Source of the DNA: a virus
Length of the DNA stretch: 64,000 nt
Virus record (IMG/VR): IMGVR_UViG_3300021088_000001
Location: 1-64,000 of that record
Reading direction: 5' to 3' (one strand)
In this document: in pieces, positions 36,424 to 45,319 of the stretch
How the letters are laid out: every line of letters begins with the position of its first letter
How positions within the stretch are numbered: the stretch's first letter is position 1
Made by a program: the position numbers and the translations under genes
Notes under the pieces: model-generated
Told to the model about the DNA's origin: nothing
Seen by the model: only the letters and a program-made list of their open reading frames with translations
Databases searched by the model: none

Positions 36424-36958
36424 CACTTTTCTTACGGCGCTTACCATCTGGCTCCAGAGTATTCGCCTCATGAAATAATTTCAAACTGCCGTCATTCTTA
36501 TTAGGATTCCCTCGTGCAAGAAATAACAAATCCTTAAGAATTTGAATCTGAGCAAGTATTTCTTTCTCGTCAGGATTGCACAATTCAGGAGGAAAGCCTT
36601 CTTGCAAAGAATCTCCATAGTCCCGGCTTGATGTTTGGGACAGGCCAAGTTCTTGTGCAAGGCTTAGATCTCGATAGGCTGCAGCAATAATACGGTCTTC
36701 TACAGAGGCAAAGCTGCTGCTTAGGAAAGAGTCATTGCATTCTACGCTTCCTACAAGTTGATATGAAACAACAACCTTGCCTTGCAGAGTCCTGTGTTGA
36801 CAAGCAATAAACTCAATTGGAAATTCCATATCCATTCCAATGATCTTCAGAAATGGTGCTATCAAGTCTGCATTCTTTGGGTCAATAAAGTCTAAGGTTC
36901 TGAGATGTGACAACTCTGGAATCAACTTGAGATCTTCTACAGAGATAATCTTAGACAT
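36404..36958 (-). CDS. hypothetical protein
   Basis: RBS AAGGAGG before ATG 36958. Confidence 0.7.
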   Translation of the reverse strand: MSKIISVEDLKLIPELSHLRTLDFIDPKNADLIAPFLKIIGMDMEFPIEFIACQHRTLQGKVVVSYQLVGSVECNDSFLSSSFASVEDRIIAAAYRDLSLAQELGLSQTSSRDYGDSLQEGFPPELCNPDEKEILAQIQILKDLLFLARGNPNKNDGSLKLFHEANTLEPDGKRRKKSVANIVV

Positions 36959-36959
36959 A

Positions 36960-37235
36960 TCAAGCCTCCTTCGGAAGCAAGTCACTCAAATCAAGTCCAT
37001 CAAATGTTGGTGGTGTATTAGTATTAGCTCGTGCAATAGCTTCTGTTGTATTGTAGCCAAGCTCGTTAAGCATCATTAGAAGCGCTGTGGCCGTTCCATA
37101 GAGATTCCCTGCCCCACGTAGCAACTCTTCCTTATCGTTGTCCTCAAAGGCTGTAATCGCGTCTGAGAGCATCTCAAATGCAAGGCCAAGCTGATTGTCC
37201 ACATTTTCTTCTGTTACGTGTGTTTCTTCTGTCAT
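36960..37235 (-). CDS. acidic helical protein, possibly a degenerate MazG/NTP-PPase fold
   Basis: Helical pattern ending ...DLSDLLP; lacks clear EXXE/EXXD motifs. Confidence 0.45.
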   Translation of the reverse strand: MTEETHVTEENVDNQLGLAFEMLSDAITAFEDNDKEELLRGAGNLYGTATALLMMLNELGYNTTEAIARANTNTPPTFDGLDLSDLLPKEA

Positions 37236-37546
37236 ATTTGTTCCTTTATACTATGCGAACGTTGGAAATATTAGTTGCTGCTGGATAAGCCAGTTCTTGA
37301 AAATTGGCATCTCATTAGCAAGATAGGGCACTCCATATTGGTAATCTTGTTTATCTTCAATATTCTTTTCAAATAGACTAAAGCCTTCATTGTCAAACAT
37401 GCTACTAATACCGCCAATGTAATATTCGATTAATGTTGTCATTCCTGTATGGCTTTTTATTTCCACTCTTCCGTCAGAACGGAAGAAGGCTGTAGCCGGA
37501 AATGAATGGCCTATTTGAATTGCAGCTTGAAGAATTGTCTCCATGA

Positions 37547-37804
37547 TTACTTCTTTGCAATAGGCTTTTTGGGTGCAGGTTTCTTTACAACAGGTTTCTT
37601 AGCCGCTGGTGTCTTTGGTTGAAACCAAATCTCCTTAGCCTTTTGCAATGCTAGGATAAAGCCATCTAATTCTTCAGCTGAGATACAAGAATCTGGAAAG
37701 CCCACTCCACCTTCATATTTCTCAATTGCATCTCCACCTTTTTCATAGATAATTTCTGTGATATCTTTATTGTCTAGTGGTCCCACTACACTAATACTTG
37801 CCAT
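37547..37804 (-). CDS. hypothetical protein with a histone-H1-like K/P/A tail
   Basis: PAAKKPVVKKPAPKKPIAKK. Confidence 0.65.
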   Translation of the reverse strand: MASISVVGPLDNKDITEIIYEKGGDAIEKYEGGVGFPDSCISAEELDGFILALQKAKEIWFQPKTPAAKKPVVKKPAPKKPIAKK

Positions 37805-37991
37805 TTTGTTCTCCTTTAGTTATTCATCAAACAAACGATGCTTCCAACCCTCTGTTCCAAAGTAATCATCCATATCTGTTTCATTCAGCATCTCTTCCAT
37901 TTTCTCGACAATCGCAATGAATTGCTGTGCTGTGTGATCAGATAGACATTTGGTTGCACCAAGAAGTGCTAGAGCTTTGTTGTATTCTTTT

Positions 37992-38975
37992 TCAGTCATT
38001 TGTTCCTCCATATTCTCGTTCAAGCCAATCCAAACTAATAAACAATGGATCATAGCTTCCATTTCGCACATTGTGCTTCAAGATGATTCCACGCCAGTGC
38101 TTATTTCCCTGCACTCCCTTATAATGCTCATCGTGTGGATACCCTGCTCCTGCAATCAAACCCCACTGCTGACTTCCATCCGTAGGCAAGAACCTAGTTG
38201 TGACATCTAATGTCTGTCTATGTCCCATTGTAAATGATTTACCAATAGTTTTCAACATATTTTGTGCAGTACCTGTCATAGCCTTTCCAGTCATGACATT
38301 AGGAAAATAATGGCAGTAATTCACACCATCGATTTCAATAGGGGTTAAGAATGGTACTGTCTCCCATCCAGCCTCTTCATACCCTAATGACTCTAAATTC
38401 AGAAAACCGTACATCTCTGGGTTCGCATCTACATGCCTGCTAATCCTGTCCTCATGATTACCATACAAAATTATCTTCCGAGGATTGTACACACTCTCTC
38501 CTGCTGCTTTTTGTTTAGCTTGAAGTGCCTTTAGTGGAGCTAGAAGAATTTTGATAGCTTCTTTTGTACACTCAATATCAGCTTGTATGCGCTTACCTTC
38601 AGCAGAACGTTTACCTTTATCATAGCTACTCAAACTTTCCATATCCCCAAAGTCACCAAGGTGAACAATAACATCAGGTCGTTTACGCACAATGTACATG
38701 CCAATCCAATGAAGGAAGTCTAGTTTTATTCCCGGCCTAACTTGGCTGTCTGGAATTACTAGGTGAGTAACACCTTTCTCTTGCTTAGGAGTAGTGATAG
38801 ACTGCACAACCTCCTCATTAGCAGCTTCTTCCTTCATCTTAAAATACTCACGCAAAAAATCCGACACAGTACTTCGGGGCATCTTAAGAAGCTTAGCAAT
38901 CTGCCTCCAGCTAGGAACACCTGTCTTCGCTAAAGTTATTGCATCATTTTGCCATTCTTTGTATTCATTTTGCAA
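37992..38975 (-). CDS. calcineurin-like metallophosphoesterase with N-terminal HTH
   Basis: IPDSQ, HLGDFGD, GNHE, H, GH.Q; SWRQIAK.L..PRSTVSD.LR. Confidence 0.88.
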   Translation of the reverse strand: MQNEYKEWQNDAITLAKTGVPSWRQIAKLLKMPRSTVSDFLREYFKMKEEAANEEVVQSITTPKQEKGVTHLVIPDSQVRPGIKLDFLHWIGMYIVRKRPDVIVHLGDFGDMESLSSYDKGKRSAEGKRIQADIECTKEAIKILLAPLKALQAKQKAAGESVYNPRKIILYGNHEDRISRHVDANPEMYGFLNLESLGYEEAGWETVPFLTPIEIDGVNYCHYFPNVMTGKAMTGTAQNMLKTIGKSFTMGHRQTLDVTTRFLPTDGSQQWGLIAGAGYPHDEHYKGVQGNKHWRGIILKHNVRNGSYDPLFISLDWLEREYGGTND

Positions 38976-38987
38976 TGTTGGCTCCTT

Positions 38988-39644
38988 TTAGTTAGAATCC
39001 TTCAGCTTACAATATTCTTGATAGACTTTCTCTTTAGCTTGTGAAATCTCAACAATCTGGTTTTCAAGTCTGTCATATTCAGTTGACAGTGCGTTGAGTT
39101 TATGCTTCTTTTCCTGCGCGGCTTCAACCTCAAAGTCTACATATTTCCAGATAAGCTCGTCATAGCCAACAATTTCACTATTCAGTAGGCGAGAATTGTA
39201 CCTGACTTTGTAAACTTCAACAATATTACTTTGAGACGTATTGGTCACATCAAATGTAATACTATTCCAGTCCACATAGCTAGTATAGAACAATTGCAAA
39301 CCACTCCAAGGCGAATCTTCTTGTACACTATGTAATATAACTCCAACATCACCTTTTGCAGTCTTCACTCTCATACCATATTTCAAATCATCAGTCCCGA
39401 AATGAATTTTATTTCCATTGGTGTCTACTCCATTAGGAGGAGGGCACATTTCATATTCTTCGCTATTGAGCCATTTACATACTTTTGCAACAGGATAATC
39501 CATATGGCGCAGGAAATTCTCGCTGCCAGCTTGCCATGTACAAAATACACGCCCATTATCTGTGTTAGCCCTAGTTACTGTATTTGTATTTAGATTCTTA
39601 AACTTGAATTCCTTCGGCAAATTCTCTTCCGTGTAAACCATCAA
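38988..39644 (-). CDS. hypothetical protein with C-terminal coiled coil
   Basis: DDLK.GMRV...G; IVEVY. Confidence 0.65.
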   Translation of the reverse strand: MMVYTEENLPKEFKFKNLNTNTVTRANTDNGRVFCTWQAGSENFLRHMDYPVAKVCKWLNSEEYEMCPPPNGVDTNGNKIHFGTDDLKYGMRVKTAKGDVGVILHSVQEDSPWSGLQLFYTSYVDWNSITFDVTNTSQSNIVEVYKVRYNSRLLNSEIVGYDELIWKYVDFEVEAAQEKKHKLNALSTEYDRLENQIVEISQAKEKVYQEYCKLKDSN

Positions 39645-40189
39645 TTCTCTCCTTTTAATATTTTAGTCACTAAGGCTTTCCTTTTAGCTATGTTGCTTAC
39701 TGATGTTTCACTATAGCCATGTTTAGCTAGAAAGTCAAGCAAATCTTTTGATTTCATTAAAGAAATTATCTCTTTCTCGATCCTAGCTTCTTCAAAGCTA
39801 CTTCCTATTTTTTGACTGTGGCTTACAATTTTGTGACAAGGTTTACACACTAGCCTAAGAGACTCAAAATCCACTAAGAATAAGTGCGCTATATATTTCT
39901 CTACGTCAGAGAGTCCTCTAAAAGTTCCTGCATCCCCTTTATGGTCAACTTCTAATTCGCTCTGTGCAAAATCTTTGTGGCATATTTCACACTCTCCTCC
40001 CCATACCTCTGGGAATCTTTTTCTGGAATCCGCTTTAGGGTTAGTAATGCGCTTTCTGTGATTCTTAATATATTCTAGCTTGACAGGGTGTTTGGACCAA
40101 CCTTTGCGCAACACTCCGCGCACCCAACTCCAGAAAGCAGCTTCAGTTTTCCAAGGAACTCCTTCTACTTTCCATGGCTCTTTATTCAT
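39641..40189 (-). CDS. HNH-like endonuclease of the replication module
   Basis: CEIC...EVDH...L.LVCKPCH. Confidence 0.8.
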   Translation of the reverse strand: MNKEPWKVEGVPWKTEAAFWSWVRGVLRKGWSKHPVKLEYIKNHRKRITNPKADSRKRFPEVWGGECEICHKDFAQSELEVDHKGDAGTFRGLSDVEKYIAHLFLVDFESLRLVCKPCHKIVSHSQKIGSSFEEARIEKEIISLMKSKDLLDFLAKHGYSETSVSNIAKRKALVTKILKGEN

Positions 40190-41252
40190 GAGAGATTCCC
40201 ATCTTAGTTAACACATCTTTTAAATCAACAGAATCATCTTTCCATCTAAGCATTCTCGCTAATTGGAACATCTCATTCATTACAAAATACCAATTTATTT
40301 TAACTTCTCCTTTGCAGCCAGTGATGACTTTTGGTTCTGGGTACATTCGTTTGAATACTCTGACCATCGCCTCAAACGCCTGCTTGTCGTTGGTGCAATC
40401 CTTGAGGTCTTTATAAGCTGCTTTTTCGCCATATGTAACATCACTAAAACAATTAGCTTTATAATTATCTGCTTGGTCGCCAGATAACATTTGCCAATAT
40501 AGAAATACACGTCCGCCACCGTCTACATCTCCTTTTTCATCAAGCCACAAACTACCAAATCCTTCAATAAGATATGGACCGTCATCTTTACTTATATTAT
40601 ACAGCCAGCCTTCAACTTGTTTCATATCTTTATCAACTCCACAAGCAATTACCATATCCTTATCATCTCTAGACTTCTTCCACTTCTTATAGCCTTCAAC
40701 AGTGGCAATGCTTACTACATCATCGGCCTCCAAATAAGTAACCATCTCACAGTGATGCCTATCAATCACATACTGCTTCAACTCGCTAAGCAACAAAGGG
40801 CGCATAGTAGATCTCTGCCCCTTGTATGGAAGTAAAGTAGCCAACTCAGTTCTAAATGTGTCACCTGTACCTGTGTATCCGAAATAATCATAACAATTAA
40901 GTTTCTCACAAATATCACTAATCTTCTTGTCGATAATATTCTTAGCACAACTTAGCGCAGAGAATGGCTTGACATTAGATCCACCATAGCCCTTGGTAAC
41001 TGTGAACTCTTTCAAACGTTGACCATCCACTATCTCAAAGTCATCAGCTTTGTACACAACACTACCAAGTAGCTCATTCTGTGCTGCAATAAATCCTCCA
41101 TCCTTCTTTCGCCACGAGCCATACAGCTCAGTACGATTAGCAAGTTCCATCACTTTTCCAGTTGGCACATGCATAGCTGTTATGAATCTGTCCTCTACTG
41201 CAGAGGCTGCATCATACAAAATTGAGTCGATATCGAATACCAAGCGTGTCAT
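40182..41252 (-). CDS. 5'-3' exonuclease (T7 gp6/T5-like)
   Basis: FDID, FR, YKGQR, EADD, DKD..Q, Q.L.GD.ADN. Confidence 0.9.
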   Translation of the reverse strand: MTRLVFDIDSILYDAASAVEDRFITAMHVPTGKVMELANRTELYGSWRKKDGGFIAAQNELLGSVVYKADDFEIVDGQRLKEFTVTKGYGGSNVKPFSALSCAKNIIDKKISDICEKLNCYDYFGYTGTGDTFRTELATLLPYKGQRSTMRPLLLSELKQYVIDRHHCEMVTYLEADDVVSIATVEGYKKWKKSRDDKDMVIACGVDKDMKQVEGWLYNISKDDGPYLIEGFGSLWLDEKGDVDGGGRVFLYWQMLSGDQADNYKANCFSDVTYGEKAAYKDLKDCTNDKQAFEAMVRVFKRMYPEPKVITGCKGEVKINWYFVMNEMFQLARMLRWKDDSVDLKDVLTKMGISHE

Positions 41253-41455
41253 TTAACTTCCTTCAAGACACCGACAGCATATCCCTTATTATCCCAAAAA
41301 TAATCAAAACTTCCGTGGTCAATATCGCATGGAGTGTCAATGAAGTAGGATTGAAGGTACTGGCTAGGCTCCGATGTATATCTATAGCACTCTAATCGCT
41401 TAGGGCACTCAACACTCTGGCATTTACTGATGTCAGGCATATGTATTCCTTTCAA
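41249..41455 (-). CDS. small Cys-rich hypothetical protein
   Basis: PDISKC....CP....CYRY....QSYF. Confidence 0.65.
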   Translation of the reverse strand: MKGIHMPDISKCQSVECPKRLECYRYTSEPSQYLQSYFIDTPCDIDHGSFDYFWDNKGYAVGVLKEVK

Positions 41456-41488
41456 AAGAAATGCCCGTTACCCTTACGAGTAACGGGC
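41454..41488 (-). terminator. intrinsic terminator
   Basis: GCCCGTTAC/GTAACGGGC plus minus-strand T-run. Confidence 0.75.
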
Positions 41489-41511
41489 TGTAAATTATTT
41501 ACTATTCAATA

Positions 41512-42546
41512 TCAAAACGGCGCTTCGCTAAGATCCTCTTCTTCGACAACAGCAGGCTTCTTACTCTCCACTTTCTTCTCTACACTCTTAGCAGGCTTAA
41601 CACTACCGCCAAATGCTTCAGGATGCTTATCCTTAATCTCATTGAGGTCTTTATCATTCTCAATATTCTTCTGATGAATTTCCTTAGCTTTTTCAATAAG
41701 TTCTTTCTCGTCCATTCGTTCTTGAATGGCTTCTTGCATCTTAGTGCCAGCATAGTCGTCAGCCAACACAATCTTCCGCAAATCAGCCAAACGAATCAAA
41801 TCAAACTTAGCAACATTCCCGAGTTCTTCCTTGACTTCCAGCAGGTCTTCATCATCGAACCCAATTGAAATAGCAGGAATAAGAGCTTCTGGAGCATTCA
41901 TACCCTTCATCAAAGGTACTGGTGATTTAAGCTTGACATTGACATATTTATTATCTTCTTTTGTAGTCTCAGTAACTTCTACATTGTACATGAATGGCTT
42001 GCCAAGCAACAAATCAATGTTGTTGTGATTAGGATTCTTGTAATCAGCTTTAAAAATTTTATCTGAAAGCTTATTTCCTGATTCGTCTTTAGCGCTATCT
42101 GCAATCTTCTTCCAGATAGAAGTAGAAGCAAGACTCCAAGGTTTTCCCTTGATATACTCACCATCTGGTGTACGAGGAGCCACTGTGACAAAGTTAACAC
42201 CTTCACTCACTCCGCGCATCACTTGATGCAATGGCAAGCGAATATTCTTGACACCAATGTCACCTTCATAGTCGTGCGTCTGTGTAAGCAAGTCTACATA
42301 CACTCCAACACGTTGCTCAAGGTCTTTTCCTTCTTTGGGAAAGAGAATCTTGTCATTTCCATCTTCATCTTGTTCCCGTTTTCCATTAGAATCTTTTGCA
42401 AACTTTGGCAGCTTCTTGTGCATTCCTAGATTGACAAGCAAGCCTACGTGCACTGGCTGCAGGCCATCTTCTGGAGTGATTGTTACGAATGGTTTACGAT
42501 CTGCTGGATCTGTTTCTGGTCTATTTGACTTCGGTGTAAATGCCAT
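41512..42546 (-). CDS. putative single-stranded DNA-binding protein
   Basis: Replication module; acidic C-terminus EEEDLSEAPF; RBS AAGGA before ATG 42546. Confidence 0.6.
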   Translation of the reverse strand: MAFTPKSNRPETDPADRKPFVTITPEDGLQPVHVGLLVNLGMHKKLPKFAKDSNGKREQDEDGNDKILFPKEGKDLEQRVGVYVDLLTQTHDYEGDIGVKNIRLPLHQVMRGVSEGVNFVTVAPRTPDGEYIKGKPWSLASTSIWKKIADSAKDESGNKLSDKIFKADYKNPNHNNIDLLLGKPFMYNVEVTETTKEDNKYVNVKLKSPVPLMKGMNAPEALIPAISIGFDDEDLLEVKEELGNVAKFDLIRLADLRKIVLADDYAGTKMQEAIQERMDEKELIEKAKEIHQKNIENDKDLNEIKDKHPEAFGGSVKPAKSVEKKVESKKPAVVEEEDLSEAPF

Positions 42547-42836
42547 AGTGTTTTCCTTTATGTTAGTGTGCATAATCAGCACGGATGTTATTGTCGTTGG
42601 ACAATGTTGAATTTAAATCAGATGGCAGGTACTGTAATTCCTGCATCCTGTGTTAATTGAAGGAGATGCGTATTCTCTCTACATCAGGTCCAGTTCCCAA
42701 TGCCAATTTCGAATTACTTAGAGTATATATAGATAAGAAAACAAGGGTTACACTGGCTCTACTTGTTTATCCCTCCTTATACTGCTCTCACAGGTCAATC
42801 TTACTCGTGTATCAGTCTACACATTCATCTGAAGCT

Positions 42837-42913
42837 TGGTGGGCCTTGCTGGACTTGAACCAGCACTCTCCGAATTATGAGTTCGATACATTCACCAATT
42901 ATGTTAAAGGCCC
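42837..42913 (-). tRNA. tRNA with CAT anticodon (Ile2-like; Met not excluded)
   Basis: GGGCCTT/AAGGCCC, TCGAA-CTCATAA-TTCGG, GGTTCAAGTCC, ACCA. Confidence 0.9.
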
Positions 42914-42919
42914 AAATAT

Positions 42920-42994
42920 TGGCAGGACTGACAGGACTCAAACCTGCATGCTATCGAGTAGAAATCGATTGCTGTTTCATTCAGCTACAGTCCT
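42920..42994 (-). tRNA. tRNA-Arg(TCT)
   Basis: AGGACTG/CAGTCCT, ATCGA-TTTCTAC-TCGAT, GGTTTGAGTCC, GCCA; D-loop lacks GG. Confidence 0.82.
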
Positions 42995-43015
42995 ATATTA
43001 GTTCCTTGTCTTGCT

Positions 43016-43044
43016 ATTATACTTCAATTTATTTCCCGTGTCAA
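43016..43044 (-). promoter_or_regulatory. consensus sigma70 promoter for the tRNA/SSB transcript
   Basis: TTGACA-17-TATAAT. Confidence 0.85.
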
Positions 43045-43335
43045 GCTAAATATTTTATTTCTTTCGAGGAATATAAAAGACATTCTCGGAATTCTGTATT
43101 TTGTCTCCATCATACAATTCTGCATGTTTCAGTGCTTTAATCGGAATGTATCTTCCGTTGTAAACTGTACTTCCCTCTGAATAAGGGCCATGCGATAGCC
43201 GTTTATCAAGGTTTATATTGTCAACAATAAATGTTTCTCCAATGAGCTTATTGTCATCAATAGTTTTCTTGCTGATACCTGCTGCTATTAGGACTTCGTA
43301 GTTTGCAATAGCAACTATGTCGTCTAGGTTAATCC

Positions 43336-43563
43336 TCACTCTAGGTAGTCTCCGATGTCTGTGTTTTCATAATCGTGGTAATACCCACTCCACGTAGTCT
43401 GCCAATGAGTGTCATACTCTGGTTTCTCATAAGAAGCACCTTCTGCATCAAGCCATCCATCAGTCCAGTCATCATACTCTTCAGTGCCTTTCTCATACCC
43501 GTTATCTTCATACGCAACACCATCCTCGAAGTCTTGAACTCCTTCATTATAAGCATCTGACAT
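43336..43563 (-). CDS. very acidic small protein with an RMF-like motif
   Basis: AYNEG..DF..G....NGY......DW.DGW..A; RBS AGGAG. Confidence 0.6.
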   Translation of the reverse strand: MSDAYNEGVQDFEDGVAYEDNGYEKGTEEYDDWTDGWLDAEGASYEKPEYDTHWQTTWSGYYHDYENTDIGDYLE

Positions 43564-43637
43564 ATTATCTCCTAATTTATGCGTCTAACATCATATTCTA
43601 ATGAACTTGTGGTAATTTATGTGCCAATACGCATAAA

Positions 43638-43970
43638 TTAATCTTCAAACATTCGCTCAAGTTTCCTAAACTCTCGCTCAAATTTTGTTGTGTATCTAAT
43701 CAACATAGCTGTATCATACTCTGAATATTTATGTTTGTAAAGCCAATCTAGTAATTTTGTTGCAGGAAGTTTCCACACTGCTGTGGTTTCTGTTCGCTCA
43801 ACTCTCTTCTTAGCAGGAAAATCCTTTGCAAATTCCACTCCGTTATTGAATTCAAACAGCACATACTCTGGTTTTCCTGATTTACCTTGCCTAGCTCTAC
43901 ACTCTAACACAACTTCTGTTGCTGCAGCAAGCATTTTTGCGGCTGTTGCTTTTCTAAGACGTTTTTTCAT
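43638..43970 (-). CDS. basic hypothetical protein
   Basis: ORF in an operon; probable start ATG 43970. Confidence 0.6.
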   Translation of the reverse strand: MKKRLRKATAAKMLAAATEVVLECRARQGKSGKPEYVLFEFNNGVEFAKDFPAKKRVERTETTAVWKLPATKLLDWLYKHKYSEYDTAMLIRYTTKFEREFRKLERMFED

Positions 43971-44188
43971 AGGTGCATAATATAACAAATAATTAGTAGA
44001 ACAGTTCCGGCTAGAATCGTATTAACAGAGCACTTATAAAACTTGCACGATTGCTCACTGTATGGCATCACGTTTGCTATGTTGATGCCAAAGATGCCTA
44101 CTATAACAAGTATCACTGCGAAGTTGTCTAAGTGTTCCATTACTACTCCTGTTCTAAACTTAAGATTATAGAGGTGCCGACCCAAATA

Positions 44189-44557
44189 TTATACTCCAAA
44201 ATACGTTCTAGCATATTTGTAACCACTTTCAAATTCATGATACAGGAATGGCTCTATATTTCTATTATATGGGTTAGATTCAAATCTGTACACATAAGAA
44301 TTGTAACCTCTTCCATAAGCCACTTTTTTCATCTTATCGGATAACTCCAGAGATCCATCCACAGATGGTAACACATTAGCATCAGTATTGTCAAGGTCAT
44401 TTTGTTTACCTTTGCCCCAAAGTAAGTCCCATCCTGATGCGTAATTGCTTTGACCATCTGTTCGTGTCTTGATCAAAGCTCCTGTGATGTCATTTGTAGC
44501 TGTGAAATGCTTAGGGTATTCAAATTTGTTTAGTGTTGGTACGTCAATTTTGCTCAT
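44189..44557 (-). CDS. two-part hypothetical protein with a C-terminal RMF-like motif
   Basis: NDITG..I.T...Y..GWD N-terminal part; AY.RGY.......NPY......EF..GY..A. Confidence 0.6.
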   Translation of the reverse strand: MSKIDVPTLNKFEYPKHFTATNDITGALIKTRTDGQSNYASGWDLLWGKGKQNDLDNTDANVLPSVDGSLELSDKMKKVAYGRGYNSYVYRFESNPYNRNIEPFLYHEFESGYKYARTYFGV

Positions 44558-44565
44558 GGAAGTCC

Positions 44566-44721
44566 TTATTGATAGTCAAATTTATAGTCGGATTGTGCTT
44601 GGCGGAAGCCTGCAACAAATTCCTCCCGTTCGTACTCTGATAATGTAGAGGGGAAGTCGTACATTGATTTTCCTGCTTCATAGCTTCTATATCCAAGGGT
44701 GTAAAAATCTACATATGCCAT
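44566..44721 (-). CDS. 51-aa RMF-like protein (not in the ORF track)
   Basis: RBS GAGGAG; MAYVDFYTLGYRSYEAGKSMYDFPSTLSEYEREEFVAGFRQAQSDYKFDYQ*. Confidence 0.6.
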   Translation of the reverse strand: MAYVDFYTLGYRSYEAGKSMYDFPSTLSEYEREEFVAGFRQAQSDYKFDYQ

Positions 44722-44731
44722 TTAGTTCTCC

Positions 44732-45319
44732 TCAATGAATATCTGAATATTTTTTTCCAAAATTTATTTCACAAGCTAACTCACGATTCAATTTTAACTG
44801 ATCATTTACTTTTTGAAGCGAGTCTGCAACAAGTTGCCTATACACCTCTTGCTTATCTTCATCAATAGAAAGGACTAGCTCATCGTGTGCTTGAAATGCT
44901 AAATTATACTCCAGACCCCTCTGCTTTGCAAGCCTTTCGCAATAGTATAGCCACAAATCTAGAATATACGCACCAGTTCCCTGAATCAGCGTTGAAAACC
45001 TATCCTTATCTGCGCGTAATGAATAGTACATCTTAGAAATAGGATTATATTGCCACATGCCCGAAGATGTATTCACAACATGAGTCATCTTCGATATTTG
45101 TCCAATACTCCAATTCAACTTATGATACCCTGCATGAAGCTGTTTTGCAAGAGACGTTTCAATCTTAGCTGTTCTGGCAAGAGTTTTTACTCCACTGCCA
45201 TATTGGCACGCATAATTTGTGGATTTTCCTGTAGCCCTCACTGCATCAAGCCTCTTGAATAATTCTTCTTGCTCTTTCTCAGGAAGATTGGTCATATCTG
45301 ATAATGTAAGTGCTGTCAT
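44732..45319 (-). CDS. family A DNA polymerase, C-terminal part (motifs B and C)
   Basis: R..GK.TNY..QYG (B), LIQGTGA, AHDE (C); own SD AGAGGA. Confidence 0.9.
   Translation of the reverse strand: MTALTLSDMTNLPEKEQEELFKRLDAVRATGKSTNYACQYGSGVKTLARTAKIETSLAKQLHAGYHKLNWSIGQISKMTHVVNTSSGMWQYNPISKMYYSLRADKDRFSTLIQGTGAYILDLWLYYCERLAKQRGLEYNLAFQAHDELVLSIDEDKQEVYRQLVADSLQKVNDQLKLNRELACEINFGKKYSDIH

Noticed and set aside
42920-42994. Amber suppressor tRNA (CTA in the loop) implying stop-codon reassignment
   Set aside because: In the 7-nt loop TTTCTAC positions 34-36 are TCT; TAG ends genes at expected positions (e.g. terL, recombinase) and genes are not fragmented.
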